Shown piece after piece: positions 27,931 through 41,065 of a DNA stretch of 46,571 nucleotides; within the stretch, counting starts at the first letter, position 1, and each line of letters begins with the position of its first letter. The position numbers and the translations under genes were made by a program. The notes under the pieces are model-generated. The model did not search any database and was not told the DNA's origin. It was given only the letters and a program-made list of their open reading frames with translations. Source of the DNA: Rotaria socialis (taxonomy: Eukaryota); contig CAJNYD010000343.1 of assembly GCA_905331295.1 (NCBI GenBank), positions 1 through 46,571 of the forward strand, in the 5' to 3' direction.

Positions 27931-28145
27931 ACACACTGTCAGTGTGAATCATAAAATGGAATTTTTCGAGTGATAGTTTGAAGCAAGATCTGAAAGCGCA
28001 ACCATCGATTATCAGTCACCCTCAAGTAGCCATGAACTCTATACTACTAGAGATTGATTATCTGTTCACAAATCTGATGGCTAACGTTTTTAATCTTGAT
28101 ACTAATCAAAATAGTGACACCGGTTTATATTCATTTGGTAGCTAC

Positions 28146-28491
28146 CCCAGGTCGAGGAATCCGACAGTAGGCACCTATCGAAACCAGAGATGGGGAAGTC
28201 AGCGTTTTTTCGACTCAAGTCAAGTCAAGTCAAGTCATAGCTAAGCCAAAGAAAATTCCAAGTCAAGTCAAGTCATGAGTAGTTCAAAATATTTTCAAGT
28301 CAGGTCATGTCNTCAGTGTCGGATTCCTATGAATTCCAACGAAAAACCGTTGGATGTCATCGGAAGTTCATAGGATTCCGACACTGAGGATCCGACATCG
28401 ATTCCTCGACCCGGAATCCGGCAGAATTGTATCGGATTGTAGGATATTTCCAGGTTCCTATCGGATCCGATAACGGATCAGTCGACCTGGG
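28146..28491. mobile_element. CCCAGG-terminal element with GGATCCGA/GAATCC motifs, containing a nested element and a gap
   Basis: CCCAGGTCGA...TCGACCTGGG; TSD not matching (AC/AG); N at 28312, so the ends may belong to different copies. Confidence 0.7.
28185..28311. mobile_element. Left end of nested hAT-like element with (CAAGT)n subterminal repeats
   Basis: Starts CAGAGATGGG, followed by CAAGTCAAGTCAAGT arrays; truncated at N. Confidence 0.6.
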
Positions 28492-29551
28492 AGTGTCATT
28501 TTATTCAAGGACAACATCAATAATTAGTCCATGAAATATATTTTTAGCAGAAAATTATTCATTGGATTAAAACATAAAAATGAGCTCGTTTATTGTCTTC
28601 TACTTTTTCACGGATAAAATTATTGAAACAAATTTTTCTTCAAAATTAAAATTTTTCAGCTCATCTAAAGGTCTTTGTTTTTGTACTACAATTTTAACTG
28701 GTTCATAATAAATGCTAAACAATCAATAAAGAACACTAATAGTAATCGATTTCTTTTTCAAGTAACAAATATTTAATCGAGAAAACACAATGTCTAAACA
28801 TCAGATAGATTTTTTTTGTTGTCATAATGTATTTTTTCTTAAAGATAAATATTTATACCTATTTCGATTAACTCACTAAAAACACATTTTAATTATGTTC
28901 TGCATGCAGAAAACAGTGGGTCTGAATGTAAGTTTTGGTGCGAGATACCAAAACACTGCATCGACACCCAAAAAACATAGGAAATGATGCTAATTGACTT
29001 TATCTACTCAATCAATAACATGATATTATCGTTCGTAGCAGTGTATTCTAGAACAATGATTGTTCAATTTAGTCAATGTGATGATTATCGTTAACACTCA
29101 CATGTTGTTAACGTTTAATACGGGACCGATAACGAGTGTCATTAGATTGATGGAATGCAGCACTTGTTGCTTTTCAATTTCATGCTATGAGAATTATATG
29201 AACTTAGCTGACGATCTGAGCATTTTGACATCAATTTCTACAATCTAAGTAATTAAACAGTAGTGGAGTTTTTTTTCATTTTTATCAATAGTAGATTCAT
29301 TTCTATTTATTTCCTACCAATGTTCTTCTCACATTAGTATGAATACAATAAATACGCATGAAAAATAAGCACAAAAACAAACACGAGACAAGTTTAAGAA
29401 TGAGCACACATAGTTTTCGCATAAGTTACAACACAAAGTATACGCATGAATTACAAACAATTGTTTCATTTTATACTCTTTAAAGCAAACTATTTTTTTT
29501 ATAAGTGATGGTGAACTTGATGAGTCACTACGAATACTACTGTTTTCATTT

Positions 29552-30073
29552 TCACCAGCAACCCAGGTTGATCAAAACGGACTCGTTTACGGTCTGTTTG
29601 TCGACGGTAAACGATGTCAAAAAGGTATCTTCACGGCTGTTTGTGCTCCGTACTCTCATGATAATACGGTCCGTATTACTGCGCCAGATATTACGGCAAA
29701 ATTTCGCCCGTAAAATAGTCGTAAAGTAACCGTTAATGGCCGTATACGGACCGTAACTGTTCGACCTGGGAAGTTCATCCTTTAGCTGTTTTACATCGTC
29801 CTTCAACTTGCAAATTGTTTCTTGATGTTCATGGATTGTTTTTTGATATTCATTGAGTAAACGTACAAGCTGCTCGTTCATACCTTGAAAATTATTAATT
29901 GTTGCAGCTTGTAAAGTGACAATTGCCTCAAGATTCTCAATACGTTGTTCTGCTGTTTCCACAGGAACATTTTGATTCTAGAAAAAAATTAAGTTAGAAG
30001 CAAATCTTTGAAGATTAAAGGATACGTTTACCTCCTTGCCAGCTTTAAGTGGCTGTCGTTTAGCGCTACTCAT
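29552..30073 (-). CDS. Small coiled-coil protein gene (2 coding exons) with a MITE inserted in exon 2
   Basis: Exon 1 30073-30032 MSSAKRQPLKAGKE; 54-nt GT-AG intron; exon 2 from 29977 NQNVPVETAEQRIENLE...LKDDVKQLKDEL (heptad pattern), reading through the MITE to a stop at 29552. Confidence 0.7.
29562..29770. mobile_element. CCCAGG MITE (TACGG family), 209 bp, TSD AA
   Basis: CCCAGGTTGA...TCGACCTGGG flanked by AA (29560-61, 29771-72). Confidence 0.88.
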
Positions 30074-30860
30074 CTCGGTGACTACTAGTTATAAATCAAT
30101 GATGTGACCATATAATGTAATCTAATTAGTATCTCTTTCTGAAATCAAATAGAAATTGTTAATTTAGTACTTAACCTGTGTAAAACACATATTTAACTGA
30201 TATGAGAAAAATGAAGAAGGATTGTCTTTTTCTAGGTAGCAAAGAAGCGGTGTTGGTGAATATAATGCCGTTATTTTTGATTGTACAGCTGCGAAAAAGA
30301 TTATTCATATACAATGCATGCGTACCGCCGTTCATATCATAGAGCGATGCGACGGCGCCTCCTCTATATTATGAAAATACATACGTGATGAACCATTTAT
30401 GCATTATATAAAAAATTAATTCAATAATAATGCTTTGGTTAGAATATAGATAAAAACACCCATTAATATTTTGATTTGTCATCAATAAATCGAATACTTT
30501 TTATCATCTCAATACGTTAATGAATGTATCGATAATAACGATAAGTATAATAGTCTTCGTTAAAAAAAAGACATTAATATTCATTAAAATTTAATTAAAA
30601 AGTCGGTCACAGTTATGGTTCATATTAGAAAATACTTTTTTTGATTCGGAAGTTTTAAATGTTAGTAGTTTTCTCAAATTAATTTCGACTTAAGTTCAAT
30701 CACATCAGTGAATTAGGGGTGACTCTTTATTTTCACTTTCCTTCATCATAAAGAATAAAGGTAAATGAATCGTTTTTTAAAAAAAACATCGATGAAATGA
30801 ATTATTTATCTTTATAAAATAAAGGAAAGACAAAGGCATAAGTGATACTTTCTACGATTG

Positions 30861-31728
30861 CCCAGTGAAAAATATTGCTAAAAAAGAACGGTAAAAAACG
30901 CGTTTCAAAAGAACTGAAGCTCTTTTTTTAAGAAAAGAAAGCGTTCCACAACAAATGGAAACCGTTCTCAAATGGAACGAACTAGAACGCATTCTATCAT
31001 TCTAAGAAGGTGTTCTTGGTCGTTTCGAAATGGAACAGTGAAGAACGCACTCTGCCACTTGTGGAACGCTTTCTCTTCTTTAAAACGGTTAACCTTTCTG
31101 ATCACCTGGGTGATCATTAATAGATGAATCTACAATTAGTCAAAAGACTGTTCCTGGTGCAACTTGTCGAGCTCTATCGAATGGTGTACTCCAATTCGTT
31201 GTAACTGAAACCGTTATTAAAATAATAATTTTTCTAAATCAGACCAAATATCCCTAAAGTAAAATCGAATGAAGATTCCATCATACCTCACGTCAATTTC
31301 AACCTGCTTTGCTTCAGACCTTTCACTTTAGAATGAACATGTGGTTTGCTTCGAAAAGAAAGCATTCATCTCTTCAGAGAATCCATTGTCTTAAAGGCTC
31401 GTGAGAGAACGTAAAAGGAAGCTATTTTATTTCGATGAAATGCTATGTTAACCGTTCCGAAAGAAAATGAACTAGAATGAATTCTACTGGTTTAAGAATG
31501 ATTCAGAATGCTTTCTCTTCAAATAGGGAACGATTTTTCAGTATAGAAGAAAGTATTCCATACTAGTGTGGAACGGTAAAGAACGAGTTCCTTCAGATCG
31601 AGAATATTTCTTTCTGACTCTGAACGCATTCGCTCAAACAAGGAACGCATTCTCTACGTAGGAGATAGGTTTTCATATCCGCATGAAACCATTCTATTCC
31701 GTTTTTTTTCGAAATATTTTTCACTGGG
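30861..31728. mobile_element. CCCAGT-terminal non-autonomous element, 868 bp, 2-bp TSD TG
   Basis: Perfect 16-bp TIR CCCAGTGAAAAATATT; TG on both flanks; subterminal GAACGCATTC-like repeats. Confidence 0.88.
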
Positions 31729-31851
31729 TGATAATAGGACTGGAAGTTCCTAGAATGTTTCAAAATCGACAAACTGATGGCATTCTTTTTTCTCGCCTGA
31801 GGATCAAGAATTTATACACAGTTTTCATAAACATTCAAATAGAGTTTGTGA

Positions 31852-32125
31852 CAAGGGGGGAAAAGCGAGACTCCTAAGTTGGAGTACAGTAAATTACAAG
31901 CGGAGTACAACTGAAGTACAGTGAAGTACGGGTGGAGTACAGTGGAGTCCATTTGAAGTACGAGGAGTACGCACTCACTAAACTTCAGCTAGACTTCACT
32001 GTACTCCACCCGTACTCCGCTGTACTCCAGCTGTACTCCAGCTGTACTCCAACGGTACTTCACCTATACTCCAACGGTACTTCACCTATACTCCGGAGTA
32101 TTGGAGCCTCGCTTTCCTTCCCTTG
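31852..32125. mobile_element. MITE with CAAGGG termini and 8-bp TSD (P-element-like)
   Basis: TIR CAAGGGGGGAAAAGCGAGACTCC vs GGAGCCTCGCTTTCCTTCCCTTG; perfect TSD GTTTGTGA; mirrored GGAGTACAG/CTGTACTCC arrays. Confidence 0.9.
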
Positions 32126-32793
32126 GTTTGTGATGAAGAATATCTTCATGCCTTAGTTGTTCTATGTATTGATCGATTGCTGATGTTACAAATTCAATAT
32201 ATTTATGTGAAGAGACTCAAGGCGAAGTAACCATATGACGATTACTACTCTACTTATTTCTCAAAGACGACAACTTAGCGGCATCCGTCAAATGAGTATA
32301 AATTAAAGGCGGAAGTGGTTCAGCTGATGTGAAAACATTGTTGAACTGGTAAAAACCAGTCAGTTTACCAAGCATTTTTCGCTGATAAAATTTATTATAA
32401 ATGCACCACTATCTATTATACACACGCTTCTGTCTCTCAAAAAAAATTTTGTATTACAATCGGAACCATTAAGAAGAAAAACAATCAAAACTCTTAAGAG
32501 TAAGTTTTTTCATGCAAGTTGGAGTTCCTTGGTTTCAACTTAAATGTTAAATTTTGATTTATATAATCATTTCGTTCCAAATTTGCATGAGAAAAATATT
32601 TCTACACGAAAATAAATAGCGAAGCGAGATCATTGTTCTGTAACTATTTTAATCTAATGCTTTATTTTTTTAATTTAATTAAGTATATTGCTATGTCAGC
32701 ATAATGGAAAAAGAAAATTTAAGTAGCTTTCAAAGACACTGGATCAAAGCAAACAAACGATGAGTGTGTAACAATGTTTTGATTATGAGGATT

Positions 32794-33079
32794 CCCAGGA
32801 CGAGCTTTACGACGTCCGTATACGGTGAAATACGGGCCGTATACGGCCGTTTTCTGCCGTATACGACGGTAAATCGCCGTATTTGGCCGTATTACATGGC
32901 TCCGTATTACGATCGTAAATCTCCGTGTCGTAATACGGTGAAATACGATCAAAAACGACCATAAAGCGCCGTATTTCGCCGTATACGGCACGGAGATTTA
33001 CGATCGTAATACGGAGCCATGTAATACGGCCAAATACGGCGATTTACCGTCGTATACGACCGTGTATGTTCGATCTGGG
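32794..33079. mobile_element. CCCAGG MITE (TACGG family) with perfect 70-bp internal inverted repeat
   Basis: CCCAGGACGA...TCGATCTGGG; arms 32858-32927 and 32989-33058 are exact reverse complements; TSD not preserved. Confidence 0.85.
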
Positions 33080-33339
33080 CGAGATTTGAAAAATTACAAA
33101 TAACTTTATTTCAAAACAAATTTTAAAAATAAAAAGCTTGAAATTATACTTCATACTGAATGAGCGTGGATGTGGGTTTTTGTTTAAGTATGGGTCTCTA
33201 GAAGCGGATATCTATGCGTGTACTTGATCAGATGACATCCCACATATACACTCACATCCAAAGCATATGTTTATTTTGACGGAGAGTCACGATTAGAAAA
33301 GAATATTAAAAGAAGTTAGCGCTCTTCAGCGAAAAGTTT

Positions 33340-34250
33340 TTAGGTAATATTAAATTTTTGTACACTGCTGTGATCTTTATCGACAACATACAGGTTTCCT
33401 TGTCGATCAAATGATACGGCCTCGGGATAACTTAACTCGTGCACCAATGAACCGTGAGCACTGTTATCAATGATGACACTTCCATGTAACTCGTCTTTCA
33501 ACCAACGCATAATTCGATTGTTGCATCTATCGGCTACATATACATTACCCATTCGATCGACCACAATACCTATTGGACGTAATAATTGATTAACGTCACT
33601 TCCTTGCCCGTTGCCACCTGCTACAATTGTGGCCTGGCTGATGCCTTCGTCCCATCAGGTCACACGATGATCATCCCACTCAGATACATACACTGAATGA
33701 TTTTGATCGACAAATGCATATGCTGGTGAAGATAATTGATTGAATGCCTCTCCTTTCCCATTTCTACCTGCAACTATGGTACCCATGGTATAACCTTTTC
33801 GATATTTTTTCACCTCAAGTCGAATACGATCAACAACATAAAGAGCTCCGCTGCCGTCTACGACTACACCAATACAATCAATATCTGAAATTATTGTAGT
33901 CCCGCTTGTTGCATTTCTACGAGCCCATCGGACTACTCGTCTATTTCCGCTATCAGCAATAATAAGAGAATCATCTTCTTCGTCCAAAACAACATCATTG
34001 GGAAAAGATAACTGATCGGCTGCAGATCCTGAATCATTTCCACCTGCAATAACTTTACCTACTCCTGATTCATATTTTCATTCGATAATACGATGATTCT
34101 GACTATCAGCGATGTACACGATACGTTCATTGGTAACATACAGGCCAAATGGGTTACTTAGCTGATGAAATCTTCTGCCTTTCTCATTTCCACCAGCGAC
34201 AGTATATCCCTTTGTTTCCATTTTGCATCCGAGGATATGTCCACTGAACA
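33340..34250 (-). pseudogene. NHL-repeat (beta-propeller) pseudogene
   Basis: Repeats of TVAGGNxxG...QLxxPxG...VYVADxxNHRI in one frame, broken by TGA at 34078-80 and 33655-57, plus a 1-nt frameshift near 34210 (SDAKWKQ/GYTVAGGN). Confidence 0.88.
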
Positions 34251-37200
34251 TCCATGTAATGATACTTAAATGAAACAAACCATTACCTTCTACGATTCTG
34301 CACGATACAAATCGATAGACTTCGTTTTTAATTCTCAGATAGCTATGAGATTCATTGAAAATAAAGCCAGTCAATTATCTTTCAAAAGAGAGAATCGAAT
34401 TTCTTGATGAAATGATTATTGATGAAATTTAATGACTAGTTGGAGAGTTACAGATACTTTGTTGCATTAGAAAATGATCCATTATCTTCAAAGCGTAATC
34501 GAATGTGAGGGCATGTCAAAGTAAATAAGCTATCAGCTCTTGGCTCTATGCCAGTGCACAGAACAATAAAATCTAGCATCTTCAATATTTGTTCATATAA
34601 CTACAGCTGCCTCTATAATTTAACTGATAGTCAGTCGTAAAGATACAGTGAACTCTACTAGACAGAATGTGAGGCACTTCGACTCATGTAAAGACCTCTG
34701 ATTGAGAAAGCGTTAATTAATTGTTACATCTCTTTTCCTTCAATTTTTCATGCATAAAAGATTTGCTTATAATATTCTGCGATAAAAGAGAAAGAATACC
34801 ACGGTAAAATAAGATCCAAATGTGTGATATTTCAATTATTAGGAATGTATTCATGTTCACAATGAAGAACTAGACGAGTGGGGCTGTCACGTACTACTTC
34901 ATATCATGAAAGATATTTATATCCTCATAAGTTATACTAAAGTAGTTAAAACTCATTATTTCTGTTTTTCTATAACAGTGCATGTCAATAGTCTCAGGAG
35001 TGCAAGATTCAATTGAGAGGAGTGTTAGCGAGAGTTCCACGCAAGTTACTACACGAATTGTCGAAGATTCAGGTGGATACTGTATATAATTATAGATCGC
35101 AATAAAAGTATGATATGAAACTTGAATTCATATCACGCTTAATAGAATGTAGCATAATTTATTAAGGGCACTAGTTTTCTATAGGTCATATATAGTTCTC
35201 CAAATATAAACACCATAAATCTACTATGGAATCTTTAAAGGTTTCATTTCTTAATACCTGAAACCTTCAATGTAACAATTCGTTGCTAACAACAAAAGTG
35301 AAAATGTTTCTTTTAATGCTTTTTTAAAAGAAAAAAACTCATTTTCCTTTCATTCTTTTCACACATTATAATCTCAACTGAACTCTCATGTCAACTGTAA
35401 TCTATATATATATATTACTCAGGGGGATACATAATGATGGTAATAATATCACATTTCTGTTTGCTAAGAAACAAGGTTTTCTTATAATATTAAAAACAAC
35501 AATCGTTAAAACAATTTTACTAAAGTTTATATTTACAGTGAGATATCTAGAAAGTAAGATATTCTTTACTTTTTCTAGTAAACTTTTTCTCTAGATAATA
35601 ATTTCATTTCCGAATTGAAGTCAGTTTTTTACTGGAGTCCAGGTTTCAACATATCTTGTGCACGGTATTGTTGTTGTAAAATGCATATCGAATTGAAAAA
35701 GGATATCTGGTTTTATTCATCGCTATAAAAAAAAGAAGTTTTTATTTTTAAATCTATCATTTTACGGTAGAAAGAAAAAATCTAAACTGCATAGTTCCTC
35801 CATAGATTGAATTATAATTTGTAATTGCTTATCGGATAAACTTGTTGGTTAATTCAAATGTTTTATAATAGTATTTTGTTCAATATTTTCTCAAGATTAT
35901 TCACGAGTGACGTAAATATTCAAAATTTGCTGCGAGTCTAAGTGAAAACAAAAAGGTTACTTGTTTCTCATTCTATTGAATGATGAACCGATATAAAATC
36001 TAAATATAATGAAGTTATTTCTGAAGGTTAATATCTGGGAAATATAGTAAGTTTATTTTTCATGACAATCATTAGAGCTTTTAAGTGCTTACAAGACTAA
36101 TGTACAAGAAGAATTCAAAGAGGGAAATTCTATTCTCTTACTCTATGAATATTTACCTACTAATAACAGAAATTATCAATAAACTTATCCTAGGCTACAA
36201 AAGAATTTTTATTAGAGCAGAATGCTTTGCATTAATTATTGATGCATATTTATGAATTACATCATTTTTTTTTATCCAACTGAAAATTCAAATTTATTTT
36301 TACATCCTTTAATGATTTATAAGCCTACCTATACGAAGTTGTAAATCCTATTAGTAGAATGTATCAGTTAAAGTCTAGAAATCTGCAAATAAAACTAATA
36401 ATCGTCTTATTCAATACCAAAAATGCCTATTTTAACAATACAACAAAATATTATTCATGAATGGTTTTGAATTCTTGATGATTGAAAGTTCTGTGAATTC
36501 TTCTTGATTACTCAGTTAAATAAGAACTCAATCTCAGACATAAAAATATTCCTTTTTTTTCATTGAAAAATACTAGAAAAACAATTTTCAGTTTTGTTAA
36601 AAGGAAGTTGGCAAAGTTCACTGACTTCAGAGTCTGAAGTTCAGACTCGTTATTTTCATAAAAAACATCGCTTTTTTTGAGAATCTTTGAAAGTCTTTAG
36701 CATGCATTTACCTGTCAGTTCTGTTCACCTGTGTAAAATCAGTTGATATGCACTGTTTCTATAAATTATTTTCATATTTTAATATATCATTGAAAATCTT
36801 CTTGGCGATTTTAATAATCTCTATCATATAATATCACACTACTACAGTAAATAAAATACTCTCAATAATGAAAATTATGATTCTAAATCAATGACATTTA
36901 TATTCCAAGGATATAAAAAGATTTTTTGCGTGTAATAATATATCTCAAAATTTATTTTCAAATGTTAACTATGTGATTTCAGTGAAATAAATACAGCGCA
37001 TTTTTATTAATACTATACTTTCATTTTATTGTTAAACATTATTAAGAAGAAGAAAAACTAGCGATCTTCTATCATATGAGAAACCAAGAAATTCTTTAGC
37101 CTAATGACATGAACCGGTTAAGCCGATTCTTTTTTCTTTATTATATATTTAGCTAGTTTTCATTCGACTTCAAAGAGAGAGGATAAGAATGATAAAATTG

Positions 37201-37301
37201 TTATTTTTTTTGTTTTCACAAGCTTCACATGCACACATAGAGAATAATTACAATTAAATGATAGTCAAAAACAAAACACACACAGATACAATATTTATTA
37301 T

Positions 37302-40300
37302 TCATCGTGATGATCTTTGATTCATTAAGCATTTGGAATTTTTCAATGAAGATGCAGTTAAATGACGTTGTTGGTCATTTCGACGAAGACAAGACGCTCG
37401 GATTTCGAATTTTTTTTCATTTAATTGAATTTCAACTTTTGAACGAGTTTTTCTCTGTACTTTACGTTCACCTTCATATCTATCATATAATTCTTTCCAT
37501 TGACAACGAAGTAAACAAAGAAGCTCACTACGGAAAACTTTTCCACTGACACAATATAACAAAAAGTTAATACAAAAATTAGTTAACATAAATAATTCAG
37601 TTATTTCTTTAATAGACTTCAATGTACTATTTTTAAAACCATGAACATAATTAGCAATCCATACTGCACAATAAGGAGAATTCAATAAAAGAAATGAACA
37701 TGATACAAGTAATAAAGTTGCTGTAACACGTTGTGTTCTTGAATGAATTTGATTTTTAGCTGAACTTACTGAATATTTTGTTTGAAGAGAAAAGTTCGCT
37801 GAAGCACTCGATAAAGAACGCGATGATCTATGCGATCCAATATTTTCAATATCTGGAGAACCATTACCCTATGTAGAAGTATGAGTAATTATTTTATAAT
37901 ATTTAAAAAGTTAAAACATTCGCCTATGATTCTTGATTTTGTATTTTATTTTTTTATTGCTTTAGTTTTCTAGCTTTTAGAAACAGATAAGACTAGATGG
38001 TATTCAAGTTTCACTCGAATACGAAATGCGATGCGAAGCTCTAATCGGATCTTCGCGAAAAATCTTGAATTCAGAGAAATCTTGAATGCTTTTTATGGCG
38101 ACATGATGAAATTCATCACTCAGAAAACTCTATTCTTACTTAGCGATACATTCTTAAGGATCAATTTCGATTTATCGATTAATTATCTCCATGATTCATT
38201 ATCTTAAATCAGCTGTAAATGAATAGACTATAGTGGCTAACATATGTTCATGACGTCACTTTAATTATCTTGCAACAAATTTCTTTCATTTTCGTCATTT
38301 TGGAACCACATCTGTGAGTAAACAAAACGTCTGATTAAAAATTAGAAAAAAGATTTCTCAAGTTCGATCTTGATACTTCGATCTCACGTTTCAATGACTT
38401 TTCTACGATTTATGGTTCTCGAGATCATCGCGACACAAAACGTCGACTTTTGATGCATACGTCAAGTAAGTAAAAGATAATAAAAAGAAAAAAAAACTCG
38501 CGACGGACTACATAAATGCTTCTGCTTCGCATCGCATTAATAAAGTAAAGATGCAAAAATGACTAATTCGAAAAAAAGTAATTTCCAGGTAATCTCTTAT
38601 GAATTTTATTACTTGCAACTGAGCTATTATATTTCTTTTAAAGAAGAAGATGCATGTGTTGTCACTGTATATTTCAATATTTATTAATAAGTATTCGTCA
38701 ATAATAAAAAAATATGTTATTAACTGCGTAGTTTTGAGAAAACAGATAACAAAGAAAATGTACACTTCATCATTGATGATACATAAAGATAAAAAAAGAA
38801 GCTAGTCTTATCAAGAATTGTTGATAGAATGTTTGAGACAGCTTTAATTGCCTTTCAATAGTTAAACAAGACCCGAGGGGAAAAGCGGCTCCTGGATCCT
38901 TGGATCCTAACGACTCCTCATGGATCCTGATAAATTCTACTGGATTCTGGTGGATTCCAATGAATTCTTATGAGTCTTGGTTAGGGATGCACCAGTGCCA
39001 GTCTTACTGGTTTTATGGGTACCAGTATTTCTAGTTTGCCAGGATCATCGGTGTCAACACACACCAGTATTGAGAGTTCCACACTAACACCTCCAATACT
39101 GATGCATCCCTAGTCTTGGTGGATGTTTGAAGATATGTGAAGATCAGTATCAGCTCCTTATCGCTGTCACTTGCTTTCTTTTTAGTCTAATATAATGACT
39201 TATCCCGTTAGACTAAGTTGCTTTTTAAGGTTTTCTATTGTAATTTCTTAGATTGATATTCGTCTTCGCAACATAAAGTCTCGTAATCATTAACATTCTG
39301 TACAAGGTTATCCAGCAACTCTATTTGCTGTCAAGGGAAAAGTAAAAAAAAATAACTTGTAAATCCCATGAAACACATGAAATTTGAATGTTTTTTCATA
39401 AAAATATGGGATAGAGTGATGAATTTATTAACTACGTAGCAAGTAGCAATGGTTCATGCATTTTTCACTTTTTGCTACAGCATTCACTACTATATTTAAA
39501 GCAAAACTTGTATATATCTGTGAGTTCATATGTTTGAACCGATCGTTGCAAACCAAGTCATACGGATGTACTTGTGAGAACTTTCCAATTTAACATGAAG
39601 AATTAATCAATGCATAGACAAAGTCATGGGTAGAAACAAAATAGTATTCTTCATTTCAACAGTATCGTGTATATTGTAAAAAGGCTAAATAATTTTTTCA
39701 GAACTATTGTAACACATGCCCAGTCATAGAATAAGATGACAAATAAATTCTTCGGTTCTTCTCTTTTTGTATACAATAAAATCTGTAAATTTTTTTTCTA
39801 AGCATTTACATACAAGAAACGATATATAGACTGTTTAGGTCTTTGAAAAATGAATGGCCACTATCGTAATTTTTTCAAAACACAATAAAAATCATAGATA
39901 ATACGTATATGAGCCTCGCTGTTCTGCTTAGCAACTGCAAGCTGTTTAAAATATTGAAGTAAACTCATTAATCAAAATGGATCCTAGAGAATTCTATGGA
40001 TCCTGGTGGATTCTAGAATTCATCTGGAATCGCCAGGAGCCGCTTTTCCCCGTTGTAACAAGATCTATATTATTACTTTACTTACTGACTTTTCTTAATA
40101 AAAAAAAGAGAGCTTACCAGTGATAGATTTTTATTTATATTTAATAATTTTCCAGTTGAATGATATAGATCAAGTGGTGTATTGCGTCCTTTTGGTAATT
40201 TTTTTGATTCAATAGATGATGATGATCTTGCTGATAAATGTATACATGATAAAAATTCCGAAAAATAAGATGAATGTTGAGAAGAAGGAACAGAAGATGG

Positions 40301-41065
40301 ATATACATGATGTCTAAATCAAGGATTAAAATTAAAATCCAATATATATATATATATATATATAAATAGATTTTACCGTTCATTTGTGCTTATGGTATCT
40401 TCAGATTTATCGAGCATTAAACTGTTTCTCCAAAGTTTACAACAAATAAGCATATTAACAATACCAATAATACACATTGGTAGCAAATAAACTAGAATCA
40501 TTGTCGTTATAGCAAATCTCATATAGATTGCACGATATTTTGGTAATATATCACAAATAGTATCATTTTGTAGAGGATTGTGTAAACTGATTATTCCATA
40601 ATGAAATGGAACATTTATGTTACATAGAAGAGTTGTTATAAAAAGAAGAAAAACAACAAAACGTGCAATTTTACGACGACAAATAATCGCTCGTTTTAAT
40701 GGATAAAATACAACAATAAGACGTTCAATAGTAAATGAAACAATAATCCAAGATGATAAAGATCGTGTTTCGCTTCTTGCATATTGAACAAGTATACAAA
40801 TAAAAGATGGACTACGATCAAGAAAGTTTATACGGGATTGATATAATTGATTATGATTACGAAATGTATCTTCGAAAAGATTTATAATAAGAAAACAAAG
40901 ATCAGATAAAGCAAGAGATAATAGATAGAAATATGACGATTGTCTACGGTATCGTGGCGATAAAAATATTAAGATAGAAAGTATATTACCGATTATTCCA
41001 AGAGTAGTTAAAATAAATGGCCCATATATTGACATATATTGTTCAACAGTTTCTAATGTAGACAT
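37302..41065 (-). CDS. Class A peptide GPCR (FMRFamide-receptor-related group), 3 exons, 483 aa
   Basis: Exons 41065-40377, 40313-40118, 37868-37302 in frame; GIIGNIL, LALSDL, FTIERLIVVFYP, YLLP, FLLLNSPY, NFCINFLLYCVSGKVFR; long Ser-rich ICL3. Confidence 0.93.
38872..40055. mobile_element. ~1.2-kb non-autonomous element (P-like ends) in GPCR intron 2
   Basis: GGGGAAAAGCGGCTCCTGG / CCAGGAGCCGCTTTTCCCC; TSD AAACAAGA/TAACAAGA (7 of 8); GGATCC/GGATTC subterminal repeats. Confidence 0.8.
38982..39112. mobile_element. hAT-type MITE (TAGGGATGCA), nested, right arm deleted
   Basis: TAGGGATGCA...TGCATCCCTA; perfect TSD GTCTTGGT; same family as 45681-45836. Confidence 0.92.

Noticed and set aside
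30861..32125. Iterated short repeats resembling a CRISPR array or iterons
   Set aside because: Irregular spacing, bounded by TIRs and TSDs, eukaryotic context, no cas genes
32302..32720. TTAA-AGG start suggesting a Kolobok-like element (also 36597)
   Set aside because: No matching right terminus found
33340..34374. Alternative genetic code (TGA=Trp) or bacterial contaminant as explanation of the NHL region
   Set aside because: The second TGA is not at a Trp position, neighbouring genes use TGA as stop, and a frameshift is also present
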